A stretch of 63,849 bases of DNA, counting the filler, from Octopus bimaculoides (lineage: Eukaryota): the NCBI RefSeq assembly GCF_001194135.2. It is 3 parts of 3 records of this genome, joined end to end, with 100 filler letters (N's around TTAATTAATTAA, not from the genome) between each part and the next. Parts side by side here need not be neighbours in the genome. Positions count along the whole stretch, not along the records: positions 1 to 30,421 come from NC_069000.1; positions 30,522 to 34,067 come from NC_068984.1; positions 34,168 to 63,849 come from NC_068994.1. One strand, written 5' to 3'. The notes beneath the pieces were generated by a model. The model had not been told where the DNA came from, did no database searches, and saw nothing but the letters and a program-made list of their open reading frames with translations. The number at the start of each line of letters is the position of its first letter. Within the stretch, counting starts at the first letter, position 1. Below are positions 26,979-39,084 of this stretch, in pieces. The position numbers were made by a program, and so were the translations under genes.

Positions 26979-29606
26979 CACACACACACGCACATACACA
27001 CACAGCTAGATGAATGTAAGTCTACATCGATAAAAAATGTGATATGTGTGTGTATGTATGTACGTTTTTACCTTGATATTTACCGAGTTATTTGTTATGT
27101 ATGTGTGTGCGTGTGTGTGTGTGTGTATATATATGTACTTATATGTATATATGTACCTATATATGCATGTATGTATGTATGTATGTATGTATGTATGTAT
27201 GTCAATATATATTTTTCGCCTTCCTTTTCCCACTCTTCTTAGAATTTAGAATCTCTCATATACATATTTGTATATATGTGTGGGTTTCTTTCGTTTTTCT
27301 TTTTTCTTTTTTCTTTTGCAGCTCTTTGTACATCTATAGTCACTGTAAGCAAGCACCTGAGGTATATACACTTTTGGGAAAGTTTTGGCTGCATTTGAGA
27401 AGGTAGTTACAAAGCTGTAGACTAAAATCTTGCAGCTGATTGGCTATCGCTATCTCTCTTTCAGCCTTCAGCGCAACTTCTCGCGAAAAAATAAAAAAAA
27501 AAAAAAAAANNNNNNNNNNAAAAAAAAAAAAAAAAAAAAAAAATAAAAACAAAAATAAAATATGTTCCTAAAATATGATATTACATATCTCTGCTGAATA
27601 CCAAAGCGTCGCTGTCTGTTTTTAAGCCTAAAGAAAATTAGCGCAATTTTTTCATTAATCAAATAAATATTTTATAAGAATCTTACGCAACAATGATTAA
27701 TTGCCTTTGGAAGTAAACTGTAGCTCGTTTTGTTCTAGTTATATTAATTACCTTTCTCTTCCTCTCTCTTCCTCCCTCTCACTATCCCTATCGTTCTTCC
27801 TCCTCCTTTTTTAAATCTTATCTTTTAAATACATTTTCATGCATACTTAAATACACACTCGTATACATACATACATACATACATACATGCATACATACAC
27901 ACTTGCATGCATATATACAAACATTACATACATATACACATACCTACATACATACCACCTACCTACATACGTACATCTTTATTTATTTATTTATTTATTT
28001 ATTTATTTTCTTGTTTACTTATCTTCCGACATCTGTCGATTATACTAGCTACAACTCCATTTGGAAAGAACGAATTCCTCTAAACCTGAAACAAAATATC
28101 GCTCTGACGCTCTGAAGACCGAAGCCAATGAAAATTAAGGCAATTCTTCAGTCTAATAGCCAGAATTGGTGGATTCTATAATTTCAAAAATGATACTATT
28201 TGCAATTCATTTTCTAAATAAAACGCCTTTTCCCTTTCATTATTGAAAACTCTATATTTAATTTTCATCTTCCTTTTATTTATTTAGTATTCAAAGTTTT
28301 AAAAATTTCGTAACTTTCCAGAATCAAGTAAACATTTTTGTACCTGCATATGATTTCCTTTTCATTTTACCTTTTAATTTGATAATTTTACGAAGCATCA
28401 GTATCTATATTACTGGAAGCTTAATTCCTATTTCTGTACAGCCAAACAAATGAGAGAAATATATCCTCCTTCGATGTTTTATAGTTGGTTAAGTTTTCCG
28501 TGAATGTCTTGAATTTGGATGAAATGTAAAGAGAAAGGCAGTAAAACGCCCTAAGCTATGGAACTTGAAATTTTGGAAGGGACTGAAATCAGAAGTTATT
28601 TAAAGACCTAAAAAAAGTAGGCTTTCCTTCTCTCTTTGTTTTGACCGAACTACTGTTCCGGAGATTTGTAATTAACCGATTCTTAGCTCAAATCCTGTAA
28701 GAGATTTAACTTGATATTTTATATCATTCAAGCGGATAAAATCAGTAAGTGATACATCGGTCTTATAAGAGCATTTTGCGGAAAGTAAAATGTTAAGAAT
28801 AGATGCAACAGTAATTTTACGACAAATTGAAAAACCATATGTCATCACCGCGCGATATTCTGTTTCCGAGTTTAGAATGACAACAATTGTGCCACCAATG
28901 TATACAAGGAAATACGAATGGTACAAATTCTCTTTTAGCTTACATTTTGAATCCGAAGCAATAAGGAGTTTTATTCATACGTGCATACATACACACATAC
29001 ATACATACATACATACGTATTTATGCGCGCGCGCGTGTATGCGTGTGTGTGTGTGTACACGCTACATGTTCTGTTGGGGATTAGCACTCTCTTTTACCAA
29101 AAAGGCAGGGTTTGATATCTTAACCTGTGGTACCCACTATGGTCCTCGACCTCGACCTAGACTCGAGGTGGACCACTAGTTATCCAAACCAAGGTTTGGA
29201 TGGTCCACAAGAAATTTACTTAGACCATTGTGAACCAACCAAAGGAAAACTTACATCTGTTTTGTCATACGATGCATGATTAATTTCTTATCGCACCACC
29301 ACGAAGAAATCAGCCACGTAAGAGGGACGAGGAAAGGGTGCAAAAATTACGGTGGTGCTCCAGCATGACCGCAGCCGCATGGCCAAAATGCATAAGAGAA
29401 TAACAGAATATTTATTTACTTATTACAATTAAACCTTGGGAGAGGCATTATGCTGGTAATAAATACACATACAATTAAACCCAAGGTTTAATTGTATTTC
29501 TTTCAACACACGTATCCACATCAAGAATCTTGCACACAAAATACACATACGAAATATTTACTTATTGTTTTTCATAATGTAATCATAATTATATCAATAT
29601 CTTGTT

Positions 29607-29771
29607 TGCCTCATAAATCATGAAGTTTACCTCATAAATTATGAAGTTTGCCTCATAAATTATGAAGTTTGCCTCATAAATCATGAAGTTTGCCTCATAA
29701 NNNNNNNNNNGAAGTTTGCCTCATAAATCATGAAGTTTGCCTCATAAATTATGAAGTTTGCCTCATAAATT
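29607..29771. repeat. 21-bp minisatellite (CCTCATAAATYATGAAGTTTG), collapsed around a 10-N gap
   Basis: About 7-8 near-identical units. Confidence 0.95.
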
Positions 29772-30389
29772 TTGCGGATCATCTTCTGTGAGATGCGTTA
29801 TGCAACACAGTCCTCAAAGAAGGAAGAAGATCAAAAATCTTTCCATGGCCAACTGTTTGTGCTTTTCCACCTCTTTTAGGTTCTCCAGATTAGAACCTAA
29901 TCAACATACGCTGAGGTTGAGAGCGGTTTAATCGACTACACAGTTACCCTTACGAAACATTGAACCTACGTTTGTCAACCCACTTGCCCCTTATCACCCT
30001 CATTATTGCCAGTTATCAGCAACAGCATCAGCTGCGGCCTCGGCTCCAACCGTCAGCAAAACGAAGGTACCAACAGACAAGGTATCAGCTCACATCTGTT
30101 GATGAACTCGCCCTCATCTCCTTCTCTATCTCTCTCTCTCTCTCCCTCTCTCTTTACTCCGCATAGCGTGTGATTATAGAGATTCCAGAACAGGTGACTC
30201 ATCACAGATGCCTATTACATATGGCCTTATATAAATATGTATTGTTGCAATGCTGATCTAGCTTGCCTGTTATTTCATTTCCGACAACCTGGGAATTCTG
30301 TTCCACTTCCGTAAACTCGTAAATAAATATTTTTAATGTATGTATATGTGTGCATGTATGCTTGTACGTATATATTTAAGAATATATAT

Positions 30390-30421
<32 letters not shown>

Positions 30422-30521
30422 NNNNNNNNNNNNNNNNNNNNNNNNNNNNNNNNNNNNNNNNNNNNTTAATTAATTAANNNNNNNNNNNNNNNNNNNNNNN
30501 NNNNNNNNNNNNNNNNNNNNN
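30422..30521. other. Artificial scaffold-joining spacer
   Basis: Exactly 44 N + TTAATTAATTAA + 44 N. The 12-mer is self-complementary and has TAA in all six frames. Confidence 0.93.
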
Positions 30522-30554
<33 letters not shown>

Positions 30555-31178
30555 GGACATTGTTGTCACTCGACTAAGTCTATGTCACCCTAACCACTAA
30601 GATGATCAACGCCATCCCCAGCGTCACCCACCACCGCCAACCAGTTCTCACCGCCGTCACCAGCAATACTCGTTATATTATATCACAGCAAAATTCCAAT
30701 ACCTGAAACAAAGCGATATCCAGTAATAATAACCCCACTATATCTCGTGTGATATTCGATAATGAATACTGTCACGATAATAAAAGCCTGCTAGTGTTAT
30801 ATTATGATATCTGACTAATAATTACGTATTAATATAACACCGCGATTCTGCTGTTACGAACAGATAAATCTCAAAGTCGGAGACAACTTCGCTCCGAACC
30901 AACTTTGCCAAACTGCCAATTTGGAAATCTACCAAAAATGCAAATCACTTCATTTCGGAGAACACGCACGAGCACACATTTACGCCCAGGAACACGATCA
31001 CGCATATATAGAGGCATATATGCATGTATATACACAATGTATATATGTGGGTATATGTAAATATGTATATGTATATATGTGCGTATATACATATGCATAT
31101 TTGTGTGTATATGTGTTCCAAGCGTGTATTTATATATATGCATATTCATACATGCGTATATATGTATACATGTGCATT

Positions 31179-31251
<73 letters not shown>

Positions 31252-32811
31252 GTATCATGAATCTCCCTATTTATATATGCGTGTGTGTATGAGTGTGTAT
31301 GCGTGCATGCATGTGTGTGTGTACGTGTGTGTTATGCGTCTTAATAAATGGCTATGTGCATGTGTACATATACAGATCTATGTATATATGTGTTCTTCGT
31401 GTATGGGCTTGTAAGTATATATGTCCGAATGTGAAATCTGCGAAGATTATTGGTTTTCTTCAGGAAGAAAATTATCGGTGTCACTGCCAAAGACGGTGAA
31501 GTAAATTTTACAGTAGCAGAGCAATTCCACAAGTCTGTTAGTTGGCATGAGTGAAGTTGATGGTACCGATACGGGCCGAACAAAACAACATCAGACGTTT
31601 CTGGCATTCAAACCAGTTCTTATCAAAAATTAAACGCACTCCCTCAAGACGATGCCTTTTCCGTACATAATAACAGTGTGCTGTTAGCTTTGTACACTAG
31701 CAATCAACGAACGGCATGTTACTAACAAAAGACTATTGTTAATAACAATGTAAGTTTCACATTTGGAACGGCCGCAACCTTATTGAAGCTGTCTCTCTAC
31801 ATATTACCTCGACAACAACCTCTACTTTACTGTCATCTCGTCTCTTGTTTATACCCATAATTCTTCTCTACCAGATCATCACCATTTTTGCTAATCGTTG
31901 CACCAAATCCGACCATCATATTATATCAATCCACTGGAAGTTCATTCTCACTCAAGAGATTTTGCTGCGTGAATCTACAAGCAGACCCTTAACGACAATG
32001 ATTTCGGCTCCTCGAAGCTGACCGGGTGCATGTCGCTTCCGCTGAAGCCTTCTCGGTCCAAAGGTTCCTTATTTTCCGAATTAAAATCTCGTTGAGATCA
32101 AATTCAACATTCTAGTATCGATAAAATAAAGAACTGGTCCAGATTAAGAATTGGTTTAATTATTCGATTGACCGATAAAAATACCTTTTAGAATTTGTGG
32201 CACACAGGGATGAGAAACTTCTGTGTATTTAGCGACAAGATAGTATTTGTAAATAGACCACGAGGGAGAGCAACAGGAAACGAACTGTGTATTCTGCAAT
32301 GAAAATTGCATGATAAACAAATACTATTTGTGACGGAAGCCAGCATAGTTTCATTCCTCAATCTGATAAGACAAGGAAGTTCATGGGCAGGAACGGAAAA
32401 CCATCGATGAACCGAAACTCAGTAATCTGTCGCAGGATTACTCTGTGTTGCCAGCTGAGTGGACTCGAGCAATGTGAAGTGATGTGTTTTGCTCAAAAAC
32501 GCAACGCATCGCTCGGGCCAGGAATGGAAACCATAATCTTACGATCACAAGTCCAATATCTCAACTACTAATAATATCCGACTCCACTCAGCAAGTAGGA
32601 AACCTATACAAAATTCTACTGAGATGCACAACGGAGTATTGCTTCCATTTCTAAAGTGATTTTGCTGCTACACACACGGACACATTTGACGCATCCTCAG
32701 AAAAGTCAATCTACACAGGCATAAAATCACACACACCAGCATCTTCAACACAGTCGTGCGGTCACCACATTCTGTTTTCTTTTTAACTCTAATATTGAGC
32801 CCTCTATTCAG

Positions 32812-33000
32812 ATGGTGAGCTGGCGGAATGGTTCGCACGTCGAGGGCGGGGAATGCTCAGCGGCATATCGTCCGTCTTTACGTTCTGAGTTCAAATTCCA
32901 CTGACGTCGATTATTGCCTTCCATCCATTTCGGAATCGATGAAATCGACTTAACACCACCCCGAAATCGCTGGACTGGTGCCAAGGTTTGAAACCAGCAT
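32812..33000 (+). mobile_element. Family-B SINE
   Basis: gagctggcggaatgg...tttacgttctgagttcaaattcc...gtcgattattgccttccatccatttcggaatcgatgaaatcg. Confidence 0.75.
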
Positions 33001-33675
33001 CGAGGCACATCGATGGACAAGTGGGAATTCCTTTTAATTCCGGGTTTAAAGGTCGATTTGTAATTCGTATCGCAACTTTTGGTCACACAAATCCATGATT
33101 GGTACATTCAGTTTGTGATTTTATCGTTTCATCATAATGTATATGAAGAAGGGAACACAACTGGACACTTTTAGAGTGAGACAGTTTCTTGTATCGATAT
33201 TTGTGCGTGCTGGTGACTCTTTGTCTAGTTTACGGCGAAACTCGTTTACCTTCAGCCAGGTCGATAACTTCAGGCTCTCATTTAGTGCAGTTACTATTTA
33301 AAATATTCAAGACTGAAATCAACTCAAGAATTTCAAGCTATATTGACCATGTCTTTCGGCAGTCTTTTGGAAACGAAGACATTTCGAAATCAGATATTTG
33401 TCTATACGAATTCACGTTGAGTTTGAATAACATGTGACGGGTGGCGGGTGGCGAGTGGCAGGTGGAGGGAGAGAATGAGATGCTATTTTGCATATGGCTA
33501 GACTTCGTTTTTGAATATTTTCTTTGCTCTAAACTTATAAATTCTTGGTTAGAAAAACACAAGTTCTTTAAAACCATTATTCCCTAAGGCTACATTTTAG
33601 TAACTTTCTGGTCTCAAAAATGTAATTTTGCCTTAAAAAATATATTAGAAAATCGGGTACATAAACAGACACATG

Positions 33676-33709
<34 letters not shown>

Positions 33710-34067
33710 TGTATGTATGTATGTATGTATGTATCTATCAATCTATCTATATATCTATGTTGGTACGTACGGAGGAATGAGTCTAATCATGTATGTCGTA
33801 GGTAGTTATGTGTGTATTCATGTATGTATGTATCTATGTACGTATGTATGCATGTATTAAGGTATGTATAAATATCTATATGTGTGTGTGCTAGGTTTCA
33901 GGTAGGAGGTTGATGGCAATTTCTGTTGATTTATACATACACACATCCATATATTCGTATATATAAGATTTTGCTTCGCTTCTCTGTAAAGATTATAATG
34001 GCTTGTATCTGATTCTAACGTAACCTCAAAAGAAATAACTCGAAAGCAAAAAAAAAAAAAAAAAAAA

Positions 34068-34167
34068 NNNNNNNNNNNNNNNNNNNNNNNNNNNNNNNNN
34101 NNNNNNNNNNNTTAATTAATTAANNNNNNNNNNNNNNNNNNNNNNNNNNNNNNNNNNNNNNNNNNNN
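34068..34167. other. Artificial scaffold-joining spacer (second copy)
   Basis: Identical layout, 44 N + TTAATTAATTAA + 44 N. Confidence 0.93.
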
Positions 34168-34599
34168 ATTTTTATTCTAAGCGTTTTAACAAGGAGTACA
34201 TCATAACTTTCTTTTCTCCATATTATCATATTCCTTTAATAAAATAGTGAAGGCATGTAAGCCAAGTGGTTAAGGTGTTGCACTCACAATTGTGAGATTG
34301 TGGTTTCGATTCCCAGGCTGAATAAAACACTTCATTTCACATTGCTCCAGTTCAGTTAGCTAAAAATGGGTAACCTTGCAACAGATTCACATGCAAGAGT
34401 GCGATGATGACATGAGAAAACCACCTGAACAGAGGTCATATGAGCCATGTTTTCTATTCAGCAATCAAATGGATGATGAGTACTACAACCCATACTGTAA
34501 ATCCTTGCTGGTTGGGATTGGTTGTTCAACCACATCAAAGGTGGTTGATTGACTGATTGATTGAAAAAATATATAATCTCTGTAATACATTAAATTATT

Positions 34600-35280
34600 G
34601 AACTGATATTGGTTTCAAATTTTGGCACAAGACCAGCAACTTCAGGAGAGGGCCTAAGTTGATTACAATGACCCCAGTGATCAACTGGTACTAATTTTAT
34701 CAACCTCAAAAGGACGAAAGGCAAAGTCAACCTCAGCAAAGTTTGAACTCAGAAAGAATATAAACAAGGGTGAAATGCTGCTAAGCAAACTGACAATTTT
34801 ACCAGCTGGCTGCCTTAAGTATTGAAAATAATGGTTTCAAATCTTGGCACAAGGCCAGCAAGTTTGGGAGAGGAGGTAAGTCAATTACATTGACCCCAGT
34901 GTTCAACTGGTACTTATTTTATCGACCCCAAAAGGATGAAAGGCAAAGTCGACCTTGGTGGAATTTGAACTCAGAATGTAAAAATGGATGAAATGCTGCA
35001 AAGCATTCTGCCTGGCATGCTAATGATTTTGTCAGCTCACCACCTTAATTATTCAATTAATATTGGTTTCAAATTTTTGACCCAAGCCCAACAATTTTGG
35101 GGTGGGGGTTAAGTTGATTACATTGACCCCAGTGTTTAATTGGTACTTATTTTAGCAACCCCTGAAAGGATGAAAAGCAAAGTCAACCTCAGTGGCATTT
35201 GAACTCAGAATGTAAAGATAGACAAAATATTAATAAGCGTTTTGCCCAGCATGCCAACTAACGATTCTGCCAGCTTGTCA
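34600..35280 (-). mobile_element. Head-to-tail array of three family-B SINEs
   Basis: Copies at about 34600-34815, 34830-35045 and 35060-35280, same orientation, each with ttggtttcaaattttggcacaag...aaaggatgaaaggcaaagtc...tttgaactcagaa. Confidence 0.85.
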
Positions 35281-35429
35281 TTTTCATTATTTAATTAATA
35301 TTTATGTGCATTCACACAGCATTTTTTACTCTAATCTACAAATCTATGTTTTAAATCTTGAACAAATGTAATATGCCATGAAATAATGGGATAGGAATAA
35401 AGATTTTTAATTTATGAATAATGCCTTAC

Positions 35430-35551
35430 ATGAAAGGTTACATTGGCATTCTCATGCATGCCAAATATTTCTGGTTCATCTGTATGAGGCAGTGTATCAA
35501 TATAATGGAGGACATCAGGAATGGTTTCACATGGAGGAGCAAAATATCGTT
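35430..35551 (-). CDS. DNAH6: Axonemal dynein heavy chain (DNAH6-like) exon, last one recovered
   Basis: tattcAG / GTAAGG; 122 nt = (K)RYFAPPCETIPDVLHYIDTLPHTDEPEIFGMHENANVTFH; conserved PEIFGMHENAN motif. Confidence 0.92.
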
Positions 35552-36233
35552 CTGAATATAAAAAATAAAGTAAAATAAGAAAATGATTAATAACAACATT
35601 ACAAGCACAACTAAAATAAAATTCAGCATAATATCATTATATGAATAACATGATTACTGTGAGAGGTTATTCTGTAATGTGAAATAGCTAAATGTATTGT
35701 TATTCCAACATCTATGGAGAAATAGCTAAATTTGCTTTGTTTATATATGTACTATCTAGGTTACATATATTTTATCATACCCTGTTACCATGTGGACTGA
35801 AATCCCCATTAACAGGCCTCTGATATTAAATAAAATGTTAAAAACTTATGGCATGCAAATTGGTGGTTCCAGTTTTCTGTAGTTACAAGAGGGTATCAAA
35901 AAGTTCCCAGACTAGTTCTGTTGTGCACTAACAGATGGCAGCACATGGATGCATGCACACTGAGAACTATCAGCAACCTTTATGAAGCAGTGTACTGAGT
36001 GACATCACTGTGGTTTTACTTCGCAAGTTGTGAAATTTGTGTCTTCGTGATCACATGTGTGCTGTAGTGTGATTTTGTCATGGACAGGAAGTTGGAATAA
36101 AGAGTCAATGTGAAATTTTGTGTTAAACTTGGGAAGTCTGCTACAAAGACATTGAGCATGCTTTGGCAAGCTTACAGCAAGAAGGCAATGGGTTGTATGT
36201 AATGTTTTCAGTGACATAGGTGCTTCAGAAGTA

Positions 36234-36465
36234 AGGTGGTGAGCTGGCAGAAACGTTAGCGCGCCGGGCAAAATGCTCAGTGGTATTTCATCTGCTGTTA
36301 CGTTCTGAGTTCAAATTCTGCCAAGGTCGACTTTGCCTTTCTTCCTTTCGGGGTCGATAAATTAAGTACCAGTTACGCACTGGGGTCGATGTAATCGACT
36401 TAATCCCTTTGTCTGTCCTTGTTTCTCCCCTCTATGTTTAGCCCCTTGTGGGTAATAAAGTAATA
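36234..36465 (+). mobile_element. SINE (family B) inserted in the mariner
   Basis: Body gagctggcagaaacgttagc...gtcgactttgcctttc...ggggtcgataaattaagtaccag; perfect 16-bp target duplication AGGTGCTTCAGAAGTA at 36218-36233 and 36466-36481. Confidence 0.9.
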
Positions 36466-36707
36466 AGGTGCTTCAGAAGTAGCATGGGCACTTCAAAAGT
36501 GGCACGACAGAACCACAGCTCAATCAAGAGCATGCTCGTTGTATTTTTGTCATCTGCGGTATTGTGCATTGAGAATTCATCCCCCAGGGCCAGACCATCA
36601 ATCGAGAATTTTACTGCAATGTTTTGAAGTGTTTGAGGGAAGACATTCGATGAAAGTAACTGGATCTGTGGGGCATGAATTCTTCATGACAACAATACAC
36701 CATCACT

Positions 36708-36800
36708 GAGCTCTCCTCACTCATGAGCTCTCCTCACTCATGAGTTCTCCTCACTCATGAGTTCTCCTCACTCATGAGCTCTCCTCATCCATGAGCTTCT
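36708..36800. repeat. 17-bp tandem repeat (GAGCTCTCCTCACTCAT), about 5 copies, inside the mariner
   Basis: Directly visible just after the HD(N)NTP remnant. Confidence 0.9.
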
Positions 36801-37056
36801 CACCAAAAACAGCATGGTATTGCTTTTGCACCCATCTTATTCACCATATTTAACACCTGCAGACTTCCATCTCTTCCCCAAGATGAAAATACAGCTCAAA
36901 AGTTGCTGTTTTAACACTGTTGTCAAGATCAAGAGTAAATTGTAGAAGGTCCTTGACTCGCTTACAGAAAACGACTCCCAGGCTGGATTCCAAAAGTGGC
37001 ATGAATACAGGGACTGGTGTATTGCTGCACAATGTGACTATTTCAAAGGAGACTGA

Positions 37057-37260
37057 CTGGCCTTCATGCCCGTGGCACGTAAAAGTACCCACAACACTCT
37101 CGGAGTGGTTGGCGTTAGGAAGGGCATCCAGCTGTAGAAACTCTGTCAAATCAGACTGGAGCCTGGTGTAGCCATCTGGTTTCACCAGTCCTCAATCAAA
37201 TCGTCCAACCCATGCTAGCATAGAAAGCCGACGTTAAACGACGATGATGATGACGATGAT
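37057..37260 (+). mobile_element. Retroposon fragment (family C) inserted at the mariner 3' end
   Basis: ggcgttaggaagggcatccagctgtagaaac...gacgttaaacgacgatgatgat tail; same family in reverse at 39872-40112, 51733-51940, 52062-52380, 52458-52650 and about 61640-61860. Confidence 0.85.
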
Positions 37261-37524
37261 GTTAAAACTTAGGTAAATAAGTTATTTTTTTATCAAACAT
37301 TACTAGTCCAAGAAATTTTTGATACCACCTCAACATAAACAGATTGCCTGCTTTTTTGCTCTGGAAATGGTCAAATTGATTCAGATGCCCCCGATGACAA
37401 TCCAGTAAAGTCCAACAATTAATTAACCCTTTAGTATTCAGATTTCTTTGTCAAATGTAATTCTTATTTATTCACATTGTCTTGAATTAATAACACATGA
37501 TCTCATAGTATCAAGATTTCAATG

Positions 37525-37810
37525 GTGGGTTTTGGTTTATTGGTTAGAGCATTGGGCTCACAACCTGGAGGTTGTGAGTTCAATTCCTGGACCAGGTTCT
37601 GTATTGTGTTCTTAAACACGACACTTTATTTCTTGTTGCTCCAGTTCGCTCAGCTGTAGAAATGAGTTGTGATGTCACTGGTGCCAAGCTGTATTGGCCT
37701 TTGCCTTTCCCTTTGACAGCATCAGTGGCATGGAACGAGGAAGCTGGTATGTGTGAGTGACTGCTGGCCTTCCATAAATAACCTTGCCTGGACTTGTGCC
37801 TTGGAAGGTA
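37525..37810 (+). mobile_element. Degenerate tRNA-headed SINE (further family)
   Basis: tggttagagcattgggctcac...gagttcaattcctgg head and gctccagttcgctcagctgtagaaatgag core; related pieces at about 34250-34385(+) and 32420-32570(-). Confidence 0.65.
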
Positions 37811-39084
37811 ACTATATACTATACACTATATATATATATATATATATATATTAATAGTAATAGTATGACAACAAAAGAATGAATGAGACCTCGATATTAT
37901 GTAAATAGAGGAATTTATCTGTAATATTTTACGTGACAATTATTCGATTACCATAATAACTGACAACATGCCGGAGCAGATTTCCGCCCCCGACATCTGA
38001 AACTCAGAGCTTTATTATGGCAACTGAATAGGTGGTGCCCACCATAGCTGCAATTCAATGACTGAAACAAGTAAAAGGGAAAAAGAAAGATAAAGATACT
38101 AATAGTCTGGCTGGCCATGTGTCTGTGAATGTTGTGAGTGGGTTTTTATGTTGTTCCTAATTGGGCCCGGATCAGTTCTGACTGAACAGAGCTATGATGC
38201 AAAAGATTCCACCTATGAATATCTTATCTTTTCCAATGTTCAGGGAGCTCAGTACCACATTTACAACATGTTCTAAGGTGGCAGACTGTGATTTGAGGGA
38301 CATTTCTAACAGCTCTGCTATTTTTAGCAATTCAAGTGACCACATAACTGCTCTTCTTTTGCATGACATTGTTTATGTGCAGTGATAAAAATACATGCTT
38401 TTCTTAGCATTTTTTACAGACACAATTTCATTTCAATTATTGTAAAAGATTAAAAAAAAACATTATAACCAGTCAATTTTCAGGTATAAGCAATTGGAAA
38501 AATATTAAAATAAGACAAAAATAAAAAAAAAACCTAAGTCAGCTATAAAAATGTGTAGGAAACAATAAAAGTCTATTTTGCCTCAGATATAATCGAGAAA
38601 ATAAAGATTTCCAAAGAAGTGTAGATGAGAAAATAAAATCGCAAAGAAAACCAAACCATGAAATGCTGATATTGATAATCTCCAAACAAGTTTTATCTAA
38701 GAAATCCAGGAATTTTCAAGAATTCTTTTGTTCGTTCATGGACAAGTCATGGTGGTGCTTTAATCATAGTGACATGTAAATATAAACAGTTCACATCACT
38801 TCATTGTTTCATGTGCTTCATTTTTAGCTGCATCAACATTAGTCTGACTATTCATTTCTTAACTCTTTAGCATTTGGACCGGCCATATCCAACCCAAATA
38901 TTCTTCCAGTTTTATTCTAAACACTAGCCAGTTCTGGGCTCTAACACCCACCCTATTATGTCATTCCCAAAGTAAAGAGTCACATCACTGAAATCTCAAA
39001 GCTACAAGACAATGCATGAGTGATTCAAAATAATGTAAATAGATACAAATGATATATAGTGCAGGTAATTAAATCTCTTCCTTT

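Larger units (their letters stand above)
35886..37335 (+). mobile_element. Dead Tc1/mariner DNA transposon with two nested SINEs
   Basis: Imperfect TIRs (gagggtatcaaaaagttcccagactag ... ctagtccaagaaatttttgataccacctc), TA at the left end. Remnant translation MDRKLE*RVNVKFCVKLGKSATKTL..., PQGQTINREFYCNVLKCLREDIR*, HPSYSPYLTPADFHLFPKMK, DYFKGD matches mariner transposase motifs (HTH, YSPDLAP.D). Stops, frameshifts and an internal deletion. Confidence 0.9.

Noticed and set aside
38172-38385. Overlapping ORFs in a DNAH6 intron
   Set aside because: The flanking DNAH6 exons already join contiguously (SPS-K-RYFAP), and no recognisable protein is encoded.
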